A stretch of DNA of 64,000 bases from an uncultured Halobacteria archaeon. Lineage in GTDB: Bacteria > Pseudomonadota > Gammaproteobacteria > UBA9214. Location: positions 16,151 through 80,150 of the forward strand of contig CAWKAE010000004.1 in NCBI GenBank assembly GCA_963847565.1, in the 5' to 3' direction. A model generated the notes under the pieces. That model worked only from the letters and a program-made list of their open reading frames with translations, was not told where the DNA came from and did no database searches. Below are positions 1-12,055 of the stretch, piece after piece (the stretch's first letter is position 1; the number at the start of each line of letters is the position of its first letter). A program made the position numbers and the translations under genes.

Positions 1-498
1 TCGAACTACCTCAACCAGTTGTTCAGCGGCAAGGACCTCGATGCGGTACGGGCGACGCTGTTGCGCGAGATGCAGCAGACCCGTTCCGATATGAACGAAA
101 TGATGATGACCGCCATCAGCATGGCCGACCAGGTGCTGGAAAAGAATGCCGACGAGGATTTCGTCATGGCCGGCCAGACTAACCTGATGGGCTTTCACGA
201 ACTGTGTGACGTGGAAAAGCTGCGCCTGCTGTTCGATGCGTTCAACGAGAAGCGGGATATTCTGCACCTGCTCGACCAGTGCGTGCATGGCGAGGGCATC
301 CAGATATTTATCGGTGATGAATCCGGCTACAAGATGCTCGATGAATGCAGTATGGTGACGGCGCCTTACACGGTCGATGGCCAGGTGCTGGGTGTGCTGG
401 GCGTGATCGGCCCGACCCGCATGGCCTATGAGCGGGTCATCCCGATTGTCGACGCCACGGCACGCTTGCTGGGCGCGGCCTTGAATACAAAGGAATAA
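1..498 (+). CDS. hrcA: HrcA heat-inducible transcription repressor, C-terminal part (5' end lies outside the window)
   Basis: The ORF is open to the window start. The C-terminal motif GVLGVIGPTRMAYERVIPIVDATARLL is typical of HrcA. It is followed by grpE-dnaK-dnaJ. Confidence 0.85.
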   Translation, partial: SNYLNQLFSGKDLDAVRATLLREMQQTRSDMNEMMMTAISMADQVLEKNADEDFVMAGQTNLMGFHELCDVEKLRLLFDAFNEKRDILHLLDQCVHGEGIQIFIGDESGYKMLDECSMVTAPYTVDGQVLGVLGVIGPTRMAYERVIPIVDATARLLGAALNTKE

Positions 499-507
499 GC
501 CCCATAT
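480..507 (+). promoter_or_regulatory. Putative sigma-32 (RpoH) heat-shock promoter for grpE
   Basis: CTTGAAT-N13-CCCCATAT closely matches the sigma-32 consensus CTTGAAA-N13-15-CCCCATNT. It lies about 60 bp upstream of the grpE start. Confidence 0.5.
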
Positions 508-566
508 CTGCGCCATGCCGGCGCTATCGCCGTCTGCGAAAGATTTCAGGTTTGTGGAGTAACTAT

Positions 567-1124
567 ATGTCCGAGAAAGAGAATATTGCAGAAGAGCAGG
601 CGACTGAAGGTGTTGATGTGGCGGGTGTTGCAGAAGGTGCCGAACCGGATCATGCCGAACTGACGGCCCTGCTCGAAGACGCGCGCGGCAAGGCGGATGA
701 GCACTGGGACCAGGTGTTGCGGCTGCAGGCCGATCTGGAGAACGCGAAACGTCGCGCCGAACGGGACCTGGCCAACGCCCACAAGTTTGCCCTGGAGCGG
801 TTCGCCAATGAGCTGTTGCCGGTGCGGGATAGCCTGGAAATGGGGCTGGCTGCGTTTGAGAACGAGAACACTGAAAAGCACAAAGAGGGTATCGAGCTGA
901 CGCTGCACATGATGAGCGGCGTCATGGACAAGTTCGAGATCACCGAAATCAATCCGCAGGACGAGCCCTTCAATCCTGATTTCCACCAGGCGATGTCGAT
1001 ACAGGAGCGCGAGGACGTTGCGCCGAACACGGTGGTCACGGTGGTACAGAAAGGCTACCTGTTGCATGACCGCCTGATTCGCCCGGCCATGGTGATTGTT
1101 TCAAAAGCACCGGACGCCGCATAA
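567..1124 (+). CDS. grpE: GrpE nucleotide exchange factor
   Basis: The ATG at 567 is preceded by a GGAG ribosome-binding site. The track ORF 552..1124 has an N-extension that is probably spurious. The GrpE motifs RLQADLENAKRRAERD and FNPDFHQAM are present. Confidence 0.93.
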   Translation: MSEKENIAEEQATEGVDVAGVAEGAEPDHAELTALLEDARGKADEHWDQVLRLQADLENAKRRAERDLANAHKFALERFANELLPVRDSLEMGLAAFENENTEKHKEGIELTLHMMSGVMDKFEITEINPQDEPFNPDFHQAMSIQEREDVAPNTVVTVVQKGYLLHDRLIRPAMVIVSKAPDAA

Positions 1125-1137
1125 AACGCAGTCAGGC

Positions 1138-1168
1138 CTTGATTTTACAGCTAACCGCCCCCACGTAG
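1138..1168 (+). promoter_or_regulatory. Putative sigma-32 promoter for dnaK
   Basis: CTTGATT-N14-CCCCACGT resembles the sigma-32 -35/-10 consensus and lies about 65 bp upstream of the dnaK ATG. Confidence 0.4.
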
Positions 1169-1231
1169 TGGTTAATGGCAGATCCAATTCAAATTTAAAC
1201 ATATCAGGCAGTTACACGGAGAACATAGAAA

Positions 1232-3154
1232 ATGGGCAAAATAATCGGAATCGACCTGGGCACGACCAACTCCTGCGTGGCAGTGATGGAAGGTGGCGAG
1301 GTCCGGGTGATCGAGAACAGCGAGGGCGATCGCACGACGCCGTCGATTGTCGGCTTCACCAGTGAAGACGAGGTGCTGGTCGGCCAGGCCGCCAAGCGCC
1401 AGGCTGTCACCAATCCGACGAATACATTGTATGCGGTGAAGCGCCTGATCGGTCGCCGCTTCGAGGAAGATGTCGTGCAGCGTGATATCGACCTGGTGCC
1501 CTACAAGATTGTGAAGGCCGATAACGGCGATGCCTGGGTCGAGGCGCAGGGCAAGAAGATGGCGCCGCCCGAGGTGTCTGCCCGCGTACTGCAGAAAATG
1601 AAAAGCACGGCGGAAGATTACCTCGGCGAGGAAGTGACCGAGGCCGTTGTTACGGTGCCGGCCTACTTCAATGACTCGCAGCGCCAGGCGACCAAGGATG
1701 CCGGCCGTATCGCGGGTCTCGACGTAAAGCGCATTATCAACGAACCGACGGCTGCTGCACTGGCCTACGGCATGGACAAGAAACGCGGCGACTCCAAGAT
1801 CGCCGTGTACGATCTCGGCGGCGGCACCTTCGACGTGTCGATTATCGAAATCGCGGACGTCGACGGCGAGCACCAGTTCGAAGTGCTGTCGACCAACGGC
1901 GATACCTTCCTCGGTGGTGAGGACTTCGACAAGCGCCTGATCGACTACCTCGCCGATGCGTTCCAGAAAGAGCAGGGCATGGACCTGCGCGGTGATCCGC
2001 TTGCCATGCAGCGTCTCAAGGAAGGTGCGGAGAAGGCCAAGATCGAACTGTCTTCCAGCCAGCATACCGATGTGAACCTGCCGTATATCACGGCCGATGC
2101 CAGTGGTCCGAAGCACCTGACCATGAAGCTGACGCGGGCCAAGCTCGAGTCGCTGGTCGAGGACCTGATCGACCGTACTATCGAACCTTGCAAAATGGCG
2201 CTGAAGGATGCCGGCCTGTCAGCCAGCGAGATTGACGACATTATCCTGGTCGGTGGCCAGACGCGTATGCCGAAGGTGCAGGACGCAGTGAAGGATTTCT
2301 TCGGCAAGGAGTCGCGCCGCGATGTTAACCCGGACGAGGCTGTCGCCGTGGGCGCCGCCATCCAGGGCGGTGTGCTGGGCGGTGATGTCAAGGACGTGCT
2401 GCTGCTCGATGTGACCCCGCTGTCGCTGGGTATCGAGACAATGGGCGGCGTGATGACCAAGCTGATCGAGAAGAATACGACCATCCCGACCAAGGCGAAC
2501 CAGGTGTTCTCCACGGCCGACGACAACCAGTCAGCAGTGACCGTGCACGTACTGCAGGGCGAGCGTGACGTGGCCACGGCCAACAAGTCGCTGGGCCGTT
2601 TCGACCTCAGCGATATCCCGCCGGCCCCGCGTGGTGTGCCGCAGATCGAGGTGACGTTCGACATCGACGCCAACGGTATCCTGCACGTGTCGGCAAAAGA
2701 CAAGGCCACCGGCAAGGAACAGTCGATCCAGATCAAGGCCTCCAGTGGCCTGTCGGATGACGAGGTCGACCAGATGGTGAAGGATGCCGAGACGCACGCC
2801 GAGGATGATCGCAAGTTCCACGAGCTGATCGATGCGCGCAACCAGGCGGACGGCCTGATCCACGCGACCAACAAGTCGCTGAAGGATCTCGGTGACAAGG
2901 TCAGCGATGATGAGAAGAAGGACATCGAGGCGGCTATCGAGGAACTGCAGGAAGCCATGAAGGGCGACGACAAGGCGGCCATCGAGGCGAAGACGCAGGC
3001 GCTGGGCGAGAAGTCCGGCAAGCTGGCCGAACGTGTTTACAAGGAGCAGGGTGCACAGGAAGGTGCTGCGACGGCGGAAGCGGAAGCGGGCGCGACGGAC
3101 GATGATGTGGTCGATGCCGAGTTCGAAGAAGTGAAGGATGCTGACAACAAGTAG
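1232..3154 (+). CDS. dnaK: Chaperone DnaK (Hsp70)
   Basis: A 640-aa ORF with the canonical Hsp70 signature [12 protein letters not shown] and the [11 protein letters not shown] motif. Confidence 0.98.
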   Translation: MGKIIGIDLGTTNSCVAVMEGGEVRVIENSEGDRTTPSIVGFTSEDEVLVGQAAKRQAVTNPTNTLYAVKRLIGRRFEEDVVQRDIDLVPYKIVKADNGDAWVEAQGKKMAPPEVSARVLQKMKSTAEDYLGEEVTEAVVTVPAYFNDSQRQATKDAGRIAGLDVKRIINEPTAAALAYGMDKKRGDSKIAVYDLGGGTFDVSIIEIADVDGEHQFEVLSTNGDTFLGGEDFDKRLIDYLADAFQKEQGMDLRGDPLAMQRLKEGAEKAKIELSSSQHTDVNLPYITADASGPKHLTMKLTRAKLESLVEDLIDRTIEPCKMALKDAGLSASEIDDIILVGGQTRMPKVQDAVKDFFGKESRRDVNPDEAVAVGAAIQGGVLGGDVKDVLLLDVTPLSLGIETMGGVMTKLIEKNTTIPTKANQVFSTADDNQSAVTVHVLQGERDVATANKSLGRFDLSDIPPAPRGVPQIEVTFDIDANGILHVSAKDKATGKEQSIQIKASSGLSDDEVDQMVKDAETHAEDDRKFHELIDARNQADGLIHATNKSLKDLGDKVSDDEKKDIEAAIEELQEAMKGDDKAAIEAKTQALGEKSGKLAERVYKEQGAQEGAATAEAEAGATDDDVVDAEFEEVKDADNK

Positions 3155-3253
3155 CGGCAAGTCCGTATCTATTAACGATTTAACATCCGGGGTCGGCCTG
3201 ACCGCCCCCGGATTTTTGCCGTCAACAGGGAGGTCATGAACTGACCGTTTCCC

Positions 3254-3337
3254 GTCATTGCGAGGAACGAAGTGACGCGGCAATCCCGGACGATGGAATC
3301 GATCAGCTGGAGATTGCTTCGCTATGCTCGCAATGAC
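3254..3337. repeat. Small inverted-repeat (MITE-like) element, family A ('GTCATTGCGAG' termini)
   Basis: Terminal inverted repeats are GTCATTGCGAG (3254-3264) and CTCGCAATGAC (3327-3337). The internal AGATTGCTTCGC block is shared with copies at 14728 and 17148. Confidence 0.6.
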
Positions 3338-3377
3338 AGGTGATGGGTTCGCAACGACGGGTGTGGCCGGTGACAGA

Positions 3378-3402
3378 CCCCGTTTTCCGAACGGGTTATT
3401 TG
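3378..3402 (+). terminator. Weak hairpin plus T-rich tract between dnaK and dnaJ (possible partial terminator)
   Basis: CCCGTT-ttccg-AACGGG is a 6-bp stem followed by TTATTT. A second hairpin GGACAGA/TCTGTCC at 3420-3441 has no T-run. Confidence 0.25.
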
Positions 3403-3476
3403 ACCGGAATGTGGGATGCGGACAGAACACCGGGTCTGTCCCCTGGAAAGACTAAAAAAGAAGGCGTAGCGAATAT

Positions 3477-4604
3477 ATGTCAAAACGTGATTACTACGAG
3501 GTGCTCGGCGCATCCAAGAATGCCAGCGAAGCGGACCTGAAAAAGGCCTATCGCCGTGCTGCGCAGAAACACCATCCTGACCGTAATCCGGACGACAAGG
3601 ATGCCGAGGACAAATTCAAGGAGTGCAAGGAGGCCTGGGAAGTGCTGGGCGACGCGCAAAAACGCGCCGCCTACGACCAGTTCGGCCATGCCGGTGTCGA
3701 CCCGTCGATGGGTGGCGGTGGCGCGGGTGCTGCCGGCTTCAGTGATATTTTCGGCGACGTCTTCGGCGACATCTTTGGTGGCGGCCGCGGTGGCGGGGGT
3801 CAACGTGTCTACCGTGGTTCCGACATGCGTTATAACCTGGAACTGTCGCTGGAAGATGCCGTTGCCGGCACCGAGGTGAAGATTCGCGTGCCGACCCTGG
3901 TCGAGTGCAAGACCTGCGCGGGCAGTGGTGCACGCAAGGGCAGTGAACCAGTCGCCTGTACCACCTGTGGCGGCCATGGCCAGGTGCGTATGCAGCAGGG
4001 GTTCTTTTCCGTGCAGCAGACCTGTCCGCACTGCCAGGGTACCGGCAGCATCATTTCCGATCCCTGTCCGGATTGTCGTGGCAAGGGCCGGGTGCAGGAA
4101 CACAAGACCCTGTCGGTCAAGGTGCCGGCGGGTGTCGATAACGGCGACCGTATCCGTCTCGCGGGCGAGGGCGAAGCCGGCGAGAGCGGCGGGCCGCCCG
4201 GCGATCTGTATGTGCAGATCCGCGTAAAGGAGCATGCCATTTTCCAGCGGGAAGATAGCAACCTCTACTGCGAAGTGCCGATCAGCTTTACCGAGGCCGC
4301 GCTCGGTGGCGAGCTGGAAGTGCCGACACTGAACGGTCGTGTGAACCTGAAGATTCCGGCCGAAACGCAAAGCGGAAAAATGTTTCGTATGCGTGGCAAG
4401 GGCGTCAAGCCGGTGCGCGGCGGACCGGTCGGTGACCTGATCTGCCGTGTCAGTGTCGAAACGCCGGTCAACCTGACACGCAAGCAGAAAGACCTGCTGA
4501 AAGAGTTTTCCGGCGAAATGGATGAGGGTGGCAGTCGCCACAATCCGCAGGCCAGCACCTGGGTGGACGGGGTGAAGAAGTTCTTTGACGGGTTGGGTGG
4601 GTAA
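3477..4604 (+). CDS. dnaJ: Chaperone DnaJ (Hsp40)
   Basis: The N-terminal J-domain carries [17 protein letters not shown]-rich region and four CxxCxGxG zinc-finger repeats follow. Length is 375 aa. Confidence 0.97.
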   Translation: MSKRDYYEVLGASKNASEADLKKAYRRAAQKHHPDRNPDDKDAEDKFKECKEAWEVLGDAQKRAAYDQFGHAGVDPSMGGGGAGAAGFSDIFGDVFGDIFGGGRGGGGQRVYRGSDMRYNLELSLEDAVAGTEVKIRVPTLVECKTCAGSGARKGSEPVACTTCGGHGQVRMQQGFFSVQQTCPHCQGTGSIISDPCPDCRGKGRVQEHKTLSVKVPAGVDNGDRIRLAGEGEAGESGGPPGDLYVQIRVKEHAIFQREDSNLYCEVPISFTEAALGGELEVPTLNGRVNLKIPAETQSGKMFRMRGKGVKPVRGGPVGDLICRVSVETPVNLTRKQKDLLKEFSGEMDEGGSRHNPQASTWVDGVKKFFDGLGG

Positions 4605-4644
4605 GAATTGTCTCGCGCAAAGACGCAAAGACACTAGAAAAATC

Positions 4645-5117
4645 TGCCACAGAGAACGCAGAGTTCACAGAGGCAATCCTAAATCCCCGTCAAAAATCCC
4701 GTCGAACGACTGCAGTGGATGCAGGATTTTCGGTAGAGCAATGCCTGGAGCAATTGCGCGAGGCGGGAGTCGCAGCGCCGAAACACACCGCGAAGCTAAA
4801 TCTCCCGCACATGAGCGCAAAGTGCAGCAGCGCCCGGTCTAAGACATCTGCGCACATTGACAACACGGTAGTGTCACATGAGGTGAATTCCACATCGCCG
4901 TGATTCCTGCGATCGCCTGTTCCGGTCACGCGCCATCTACTGGGCGCGTACTTCGGGCATGGCCCATGCCTGCTCATCACTCGCTATGCGGACTCACCTT
5001 CTCCACGCAGTCGTTCCCAGGAATGACAGTAATCCATGCTTCGCGGTATGGGCGGGTCAGTCAGGCATAAATCTTGGGTTTTGTATCTTCTCTGTGTACC
5101 CTGTGTTCTCTGTGGCA
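4645..5117. repeat. Pair of perfect 13-bp inverted repeats (TGCCACAGAGAAC / GTTCTCTGTGGCA) flanking about 450 bp of the non-coding dnaJ-dapB spacer. CACAGAG-motif family B
   Basis: The repeats lie at 4645-4657 and 5105-5117. Both ends carry duplicated CACAGAG/CTCTGTG motifs. The same motif family occurs at 29948-30087. Confidence 0.45.
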
Positions 5118-5129
5118 AAGCAGGTTTAA

Positions 5130-5945
<816 letters not shown>

Positions 5946-6192
5946 GTTACGAATCTGTCGCCTGGATGGAGCATCGCGCAATCCGGGGCCGCCGTTTCCT
6001 GTATTTCCACATGCCAGTCTTGCCGATCCCGGCCGGGCGACAGGCTGTGCATGCGTCAGGCTAAACCATTAGACACAGGCGGCTCACATCCAGTACAATT
6101 TGCCTGATACATTGAGCAGTTTATCCAGTTGCACGCAAGCGGGATGGTTCCACGGAACCCTCCCGTTTTCTACGTCAGAAGGGGAGGTTGAG

Positions 6193-7329
6193 TTGAGAAA
6201 AGCGGCCCTGTTGGCGCTTGCAGACGGAAGTATATTCCGCGGTACTGCTATTGGTATTGACGGCCAGGTGAGCGGCGAGGTGGTATTCAATACCGCCATG
6301 ACCGGCTACCAGGAAATTCTGACCGACCCGTCCTACGCCCGGCAGATCGTCACCCTGACCTATCCCCATATCGGCAATGTCGGCGTCAATGCCGATGATG
6401 AAGAAGCCGCCTCGATCCACTGTTCCGGTCTTGTTATCCGTGACCTGCCGTTACTGTCGAGTAACTGGCGCAGTGAATCATCGCTGGAAGATTACCTCGC
6501 GAAGAACAATGTCCTCGGCATTGCGGATATCGATACGCGTCGACTGACCCGTATCCTGCGTGAGAAGGGCGCACAAAACGGCTGCATCATGGCGGGCGAT
6601 CACCTCGACGAGGCACAGGCGCTGGCACAGGCGCGTGCCTGTCCCGGACTCAAGGGCATGGACCTCGCCAAAGAAGTGACCACGCCACAACCGTATGAAT
6701 GGCGCCAGGGTAGCTGGGCGCTGGAAACCGGCATGCCGGCCGCGCGCGCGGATGATGATCTGCCCTACCACGTGGTGGCCTGCGACTATGGTGTGAAGCG
6801 CAATATCCTGCGCATGCTGGTCGATCGCGGTTGCCGTGTCACCGTGGTACCGGCGCAGACCCCCGCGGCCGACGTACTGGCGCTGCAGCCGGACGGAATA
6901 TTCCTCTCCAATGGTCCCGGCGATCCCGAGCCCTGCGACTACGCCATCGATGCCATTCGCGAATACCTCGGTACCGGTATTCCACTGTTCGGTATTTGCC
7001 TCGGCCACCAGTTGTTATCACTGGCAAGCGGCGCGCGGACCATAAAGATGAAATTCGGTCACCATGGCGCGAACCACCCGGTGCAGGACCTCGAAACCCG
7101 CGTTGTCATGATTACCAGTCAGAACCACGGCTTCGCGGTAGACGATGACAGCCTGCCGGATAACCTCGTGCCGACACACCGTTCACTGTTTGACGATTCC
7201 CTGCAGGGCGTGACACGCAGCGACTGTCCGGCGTTCAGTTTCCAGGGACACCCGGAAGCCAGCCCCGGTCCGCATGATGTAGCGCCGCTGTTCGACCGTT
7301 TTATTGCAATGATGAGGCAAAAGGATTAG
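6193..7329 (+). CDS. carA: Carbamoyl-phosphate synthase small (glutaminase) subunit
   Basis: Homology begins at [21 protein letters not shown] at 6193 is preceded by the GGGGAGG ribosome-binding site, and the track ORF 6100.. is over-extended upstream. The GATase catalytic motif GICLGHQLL is present. Confidence 0.9.
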   Translation: MRKAALLALADGSIFRGTAIGIDGQVSGEVVFNTAMTGYQEILTDPSYARQIVTLTYPHIGNVGVNADDEEAASIHCSGLVIRDLPLLSSNWRSESSLEDYLAKNNVLGIADIDTRRLTRILREKGAQNGCIMAGDHLDEAQALAQARACPGLKGMDLAKEVTTPQPYEWRQGSWALETGMPAARADDDLPYHVVACDYGVKRNILRMLVDRGCRVTVVPAQTPAADVLALQPDGIFLSNGPGDPEPCDYAIDAIREYLGTGIPLFGICLGHQLLSLASGARTIKMKFGHHGANHPVQDLETRVVMITSQNHGFAVDDDSLPDNLVPTHRSLFDDSLQGVTRSDCPAFSFQGHPEASPGPHDVAPLFDRFIAMMRQKD

Positions 7330-7330
7330 C

Positions 7331-7507
7331 AAAAAATTTCGCGCAAAGTCGCCAAGACGCCAAGATACAAGGCTGCCAGGAAATATTGAGATTCATAGGT
7401 TACAGATTGTTAATAAATATTCGGGAAGTATTGTTTAGTTAAAACTGCAACAGATATAGAAGTGTTTAGTATTCATTTTTTGCGCCTTGGCGACTTTGCG
7501 CGAAACC
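7331..7507. repeat. MITE-like element inside the carA-carB spacer (family C): 19-bp perfect terminal inverted repeats around an AT-rich core
   Basis: TTCGCGCAAAGTCGCCAAG (7338-7356) is the exact reverse complement of CTTGGCGACTTTGCGCGAA (7486-7504). The roughly 130-bp core is AT-rich, unlike the about 60 % GC surroundings. A related left-end motif CGCGCAAAGACGC occurs at 4613. Confidence 0.6.
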
Positions 7508-7528
7508 GATATTTGAGTCTGGGTATAA

Positions 7529-10500
7529 ATGCCAAAAAGAACTGACATAAAAAGCATCCTGATTATCGGTGCCGGTCCGATCGTTATCGGCCAGGCCTGT
7601 GAGTTCGACTATTCGGGTGCGCAGGCCTGCAAGGCGTTGCGCGAGGAAGGTTATCGCCTGATCCTGGTGAACTCGAACCCGGCCACCATCATGACCGACC
7701 CGGACATGGCCGATGCCGTGTATATCGAGCCGGTGCAGTGGCAGACCGTGGCGCGCATTATCGAGGTCGAGAAGCCGGACGCGCTGTTGCCGACCATGGG
7801 CGGGCAGACGGCCCTGAACTGTGCGCTCGACCTGGTGCGCGAAGGCGTGCTGGAAAAGTTCGGCGTTGAAATGATCGGCGCCAGCCGCGAGGCCATCGAC
7901 ATGGCCGAGGACCGTGGCCTGTTTCGCCAGGCCATGACCGAGATCGGTTTGTTTACCCCGAAAGCTTACGTTGTGCACAGCATGGAAGAGGCGGAGCAGG
8001 TGCCGCCATCGCTCGGGTTCCCGATTATTGTCCGGCCGTCCTTTACCATGGGCGGCAGTGGTGGCGGTATTGCCTATAACAGGGAAGAGTTCGTCAATAT
8101 CTGCGAGCACGGCCTGGACCTGTCACCGACCACCGAGGTGTTGCTGGAAGAATCCATTCTCGGCTGGAAAGAGTTCGAGATGGAGGTGGTGCGCGATCGT
8201 AACGACAACTGCATCATTATCTGCTCGATCGAAAACCTTGATCCCATGGGTGTGCACACCGGCGATTCAATCACCGTCGCACCGGCACAGACACTGACGG
8301 ACAAGGAATACCAGATTATGCGTAATGCATCGATTGCGGTGCTGCGCAAGATCGGTGTCGAGACCGGCGGTTCGAACGTGCAGTTTGCAATCAATCCGTC
8401 CGATGGACGCATGGTCGTGATCGAGATGAATCCGCGCGTTTCGCGTTCATCTGCGCTGGCCTCAAAGGCGACCGGTTTCCCGATCGCCAAGGTCGCGGCG
8501 AAACTGGCGGTTGGCTTCACGCTGGATGAGCTGAAAAACGAAATTACCGGGGGTGCAACACCGGCCTCGTTCGAACCGTCGATCGACTACGTGGTTACCA
8601 AGGTGCCGCGCTTTACCTTCGAGAAATTCCCGCAGGCCGAGCCGGTGCTGGGTACCCAGATGAAGTCGGTGGGTGAGGTCATGGCCATTGGTCGCACCTT
8701 CCAGGAATCCATACAGAAGGCCTTGCGCGGGCTGGAAACCGGCATGGACGGGCTGGACGAAGCCTTCGACCTGTCGGTTGACGGCGCGGTAGCCGAGCTC
8801 AGGAAGGAACTGGGCATCGCGCGACCGGAACGCCTGTGGCATGTTGCGGACGGTTTCCGCGCCGGCATGACGCTGGCCGAGCTGGCCGAGATTACCGCTA
8901 TCGATCCGTGGTTCCTGGTCCAGATCGGCGACATTGTCACGCATGAGGAAGCACTGCGTGGTGTGGCGCTGGACAGTATTGATGCCGACCGGATGCGCGC
9001 TCTGAAGCGCAAGGGTTTTTCCGACCGGCGCATGGCAACACTGTTGAGTGCATCCGAGGATGCGGTCCGCGAGCACCGCCACAGCCTGCAGGTTCGCCCG
9101 GTGTTCAAGCGGGTCGATACCTGCGCCGCCGAGTTTGCAACCTCTACTGCCTACATGTATTCGACCTATGAGGAAGAGTGCGAGTCTGCGCCGACTCAGC
9201 GCGACAAGATTATCGTGCTGGGCGGTGGCCCGAACCGGATCGGACAGGGTATCGAGTTCGACTACTGCTGCGTGCATGCCGCGCTGGCCTGTCGCGAGGA
9301 CGGTTTTGAGACCATCATGGTCAACTGCAATCCCGAGACAGTGTCGACCGATTACGATACCTCTGATCGTCTCTATTTCGAGCCGCTGACGCTGGAAGAT
9401 GTACTTGAAGTTATTCATGTCGAGCAGCCGAAAGGCGTTATCGTGCAATACGGCGGGCAGACACCCCTGAAATTGTCGCGCGGGCTCGAGGCGAACGGCG
9501 TACCCGTCATCGGCACCTCTGCCGATGCCATCGATCATGCAGAAGACCGCGAACGTTTCCAGCAGATGGTCGTGAAACTTGGCCTGTTGCAGCCGCCCAA
9601 CCGGATCGCCTCCACGACCGACCAGGCGATGGCCATGGCTGCGGAAGTGGGTTACCCGCTGGTTGTGCGACCTTCTTACGTGCTGGGTGGCCGGGCGATG
9701 GAGATTGTCTATTCCGAGGAAGACCTCGAGCGCTACATGCGTGAGGCCGTGCAGGTTTCCAATGACTCGCCGGTGTTACTGGATCATTTCCTCGACGATG
9801 CCGTCGAAGTCGATGTCGATGCGATCTACGACGGTGAGGACGTGCTGATCGGCGGCATCATGGAGCATATCGAGCAGGCCGGTGTGCATTCCGGTGACTC
9901 GGCCTGTTCGCTGCCGCCCTATACGCTGAGTGAATCGGTGCAGGAGCGCATGTGCGAGCAGGTGGCGAGCATGGCAAAAGAGCTGAACGTGTGCGGGCTG
10001 ATGAATACCCAGTTCGCCATCAAGGGCGATGATATTTACCTGATCGAAGTCAATCCGCGCGCTTCGCGTACCGTGCCGTTTGTATCCAAGGCGACCATGC
10101 GTCCGCTGGCGAAGATTGCCGCGCGCGTCATGACAGGCAAGTCGCTGCGTGAGCAGGGCTACACCGAGATGGTTCGACCGGCGCATTACTCGGTCAAGGA
10201 AGCGGTTTTCCCGTTCATCAAGTTCCCGGGCGTGGATCCATTGCTCGGCCCGGAAATGAAATCAACCGGTGAAGTCATGGGTATCGGCCGTACCTTCGGC
10301 GAAGCGTTCGCCAAGGCGCAGCTGGGGGCGGGCAATGCAGTACCGGCCGGCGGCACGGCATTCCTGAGTGTGCGCAAGACAGATCGTGCGGGTTCGGTCG
10401 AGCTGGCGCGTGACCTGGTTGCAAAGGGCTTCCGGCTGGTGGCGACACGCGGTACGGCCGCCAGTATAAAGGCCGAGGATATTGACTGTGATGTTGTTAA

Positions 10501-10750
10501 CAAGGTTATGGAAGGCCGTCCGCATATTGTTGATATGATTAAAAATGGACAGATCGACCTGATCGTCAACACCACCGAGGGAAAACAGGCGATTGCAGAC
10601 TCCTATACCATTCGCAGGAGTGCGTTACAGCACAAGGTGTCATACAGTACAACGCTTGCCGGCGCGCGCGCGACATGCATGGCGCTGGAGTACCTGGATA
10701 CAGGTAATGTAATCAGTCTGCAGGATTTGCACGAGGAACATGCCGGATGA
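7529..10750 (+). CDS. carB: Carbamoyl-phosphate synthase large subunit
   Basis: A 1073-aa ORF with duplicated ATP-grasp halves, and an MGS-like C-terminal domain. Confidence 0.98.
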   Translation: MPKRTDIKSILIIGAGPIVIGQACEFDYSGAQACKALREEGYRLILVNSNPATIMTDPDMADAVYIEPVQWQTVARIIEVEKPDALLPTMGGQTALNCALDLVREGVLEKFGVEMIGASREAIDMAEDRGLFRQAMTEIGLFTPKAYVVHSMEEAEQVPPSLGFPIIVRPSFTMGGSGGGIAYNREEFVNICEHGLDLSPTTEVLLEESILGWKEFEMEVVRDRNDNCIIICSIENLDPMGVHTGDSITVAPAQTLTDKEYQIMRNASIAVLRKIGVETGGSNVQFAINPSDGRMVVIEMNPRVSRSSALASKATGFPIAKVAAKLAVGFTLDELKNEITGGATPASFEPSIDYVVTKVPRFTFEKFPQAEPVLGTQMKSVGEVMAIGRTFQESIQKALRGLETGMDGLDEAFDLSVDGAVAELRKELGIARPERLWHVADGFRAGMTLAELAEITAIDPWFLVQIGDIVTHEEALRGVALDSIDADRMRALKRKGFSDRRMATLLSASEDAVREHRHSLQVRPVFKRVDTCAAEFATSTAYMYSTYEEECESAPTQRDKIIVLGGGPNRIGQGIEFDYCCVHAALACREDGFETIMVNCNPETVSTDYDTSDRLYFEPLTLEDVLEVIHVEQPKGVIVQYGGQTPLKLSRGLEANGVPVIGTSADAIDHAEDRERFQQMVVKLGLLQPPNRIASTTDQAMAMAAEVGYPLVVRPSYVLGGRAMEIVYSEEDLERYMREAVQVSNDSPVLLDHFLDDAVEVDVDAIYDGEDVLIGGIMEHIEQAGVHSGDSACSLPPYTLSESVQERMCEQVASMAKELNVCGLMNTQFAIKGDDIYLIEVNPRASRTVPFVSKATMRPLAKIAARVMTGKSLREQGYTEMVRPAHYSVKEAVFPFIKFPGVDPLLGPEMKSTGEVMGIGRTFGEAFAKAQLGAGNAVPAGGTAFLSVRKTDRAGSVELARDLVAKGFRLVATRGTAASIKAEDIDCDVVNKVMEGRPHIVDMIKNGQIDLIVNTTEGKQAIADSYTIRRSALQHKVSYSTTLAGARATCMALEYLDTGNVISLQDLHEEHAG

Positions 10751-11226
10751 GTGACAAGGTACCGATTACTGCGCGTGGCGCTGAAAAACTGCGCGAGGAA
10801 CTGTCGCGTTTGAAGACGGTTGACCGTCCACGCATTATTGCGGCCATTGCGGAAGCGCGTGCGCATGGTGATCTTAAAGAGAATGCCGAATACCACGCCG
10901 CGCGTGAGCAACAGAGTTTTGCCGAAGGTCGCATCAAGGAGATCGAAGGCAAGTTGAGCCATGCGCACATCGTCGATGTCACTACGGTCGAGGCGAACGG
11001 CAAGGTTGTGTTTGGCGCAACCGTCGAACTGATCGACATCGACAGTGATGAAACCATCGTTTACCAGATCGTCGGTGAGGACGAGGCCGATATTAAGGTC
11101 GGCAAGATATCCATCAATTCCCCGATTGCACGTGCGCTGATTACCCGCATTGAAGGTGACGAGGTCACGGTGATTGTGCCTGCGGGAGAGCGCAGCCTGG
11201 AAATTGTCGAGGTCAGGTATATCTAG
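10747..11226 (+). CDS. greA: Transcription elongation factor GreA
   Basis: A 159-aa ORF. The motifs [13 protein letters not shown] and [16 protein letters not shown] are present. Its ATG overlaps the carB stop. Confidence 0.95.
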   Translation: MSDKVPITARGAEKLREELSRLKTVDRPRIIAAIAEARAHGDLKENAEYHAAREQQSFAEGRIKEIEGKLSHAHIVDVTTVEANGKVVFGATVELIDIDSDETIVYQIVGEDEADIKVGKISINSPIARALITRIEGDEVTVIVPAGERSLEIVEVRYI

Positions 11227-11276
11227 CTGTACGGTTGACGCTGCTGTCCTGCGCAATCCGCTAGCCCGGCTTAATC

Positions 11277-11714
11277 TTGAAGATTAAAACAATCCTGCTT
11301 GTTATAGAACGCCTGATGCTGACCCTGTGGGTTGGCAGTTTGTGTGCCGTTGGTGCGATGGTGGCGCCGGTACTGTTTGCAACGCTTGAGGATCGTGCGC
11401 TGGCGGGATCGATAGCCGGCAAGCTGTTCACCCTGACTGCATTGCTTGGTCTTGTCTGTGGCAGCATCCTGCTGATCGCCATGATAGTGCGGTCAGGTCG
11501 TTATGACTGGCGTGCGTGGCTGGTGACAGCCATGCTGGTGCTGGTAGCGGGCGGTCAGTTCATACTGGCGCCGTTGATCAACAATCTGCGCATGCGCGGC
11601 CTCACCGATCACGCCGATTTCTCGATGCTGCACGGTCTTGCCGGCCTGGTGTTCCTGTTGACGGCGGTGCTGGGCCTGGTGCTGGTTGCTGCCGGCAGGG
11701 CACGGTCGGGCTAG
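11277..11714 (+). CDS. Small integral membrane protein (about 4 predicted TM helices), function unknown
   Basis: A 145-aa hydrophobic ORF between greA and yhbY. The start may be an internal Met. There is no catalytic motif. Confidence 0.6.
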   Translation: MKIKTILLVIERLMLTLWVGSLCAVGAMVAPVLFATLEDRALAGSIAGKLFTLTALLGLVCGSILLIAMIVRSGRYDWRAWLVTAMLVLVAGGQFILAPLINNLRMRGLTDHADFSMLHGLAGLVFLLTAVLGLVLVAAGRARSG

Positions 11715-11983
11715 TCGTTTGCAGGGCGATAGATCAACGCGATATGACCAATTGCCTGGACCAGTTCCGCGCCCAGCTTTTCGCAGATCTGTGCGATCAT
11801 GTCGCTGCGCTGTTCACGTTCTCCGCCGGTTATTTTTATTTTCATGAGTTCATGGTGCGCCAGCGACAATTCAATTTCACGCATGACCGACGGGCTGAGG
11901 CCTGCGTTGCCAATACTGACCACCGGTTTGAGGGTGTGACCGCGCGTACGCAGTTCACGCCGGGTTTGTTCCGAGAGTGACAT
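11711..11983 (-). CDS. yhbY: YhbY/CRS1-type RNA-binding protein (CRM domain), ribosome assembly factor
   Basis: A 90-aa ORF with the motif LKPVVSIGNAGLS and a GHIALIYR-type C-terminus. It is divergent from rlmE, as in E. coli. Confidence 0.88.
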   Translation of the reverse strand: MSLSEQTRRELRTRGHTLKPVVSIGNAGLSPSVMREIELSLAHHELMKIKITGGEREQRSDMIAQICEKLGAELVQAIGHIALIYRPAND

Positions 11984-12055
11984 GTGTCTTGTTTCCGTTA
12001 AAGCGGGCGTTGATTATACGTTCATGGACCAGCCAACATACAGGGACATGACCTG

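Noticed and set aside
1172-2116. Long antisense ORFs inside dnaK (1172..2116 -), dnaJ (3480..4634 -), carB (8462..9538 -), ftsH (13482..14696 -), nuoF (24138..25370 -), nuoG (25229..26056 -), infB (45210..46998 -) and others
   Set aside because: They lie wholly within strongly supported, highly conserved genes on the opposite strand. High GC suppresses stop codons and generates such shadow ORFs. No motifs are recognisable.
4585-4903. Small ORFs in the dnaJ-dapB spacer (4585..4842, 4715..4903) and the ORF 42473..42760 upstream of tRNA-fMet
   Set aside because: They have no RBS, no conserved motifs and atypical composition. They sit inside repeat-flanked non-coding spacers. An sRNA is possible but not supportable from sequence alone.
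6100-6192. Upstream in-frame extension of carA as a leader peptide or attenuator
   Set aside because: The extension shows no pyrimidine-rich leader or terminator hairpin typical of pyrBI-style attenuation. It is just the open frame upstream of a TTG start.
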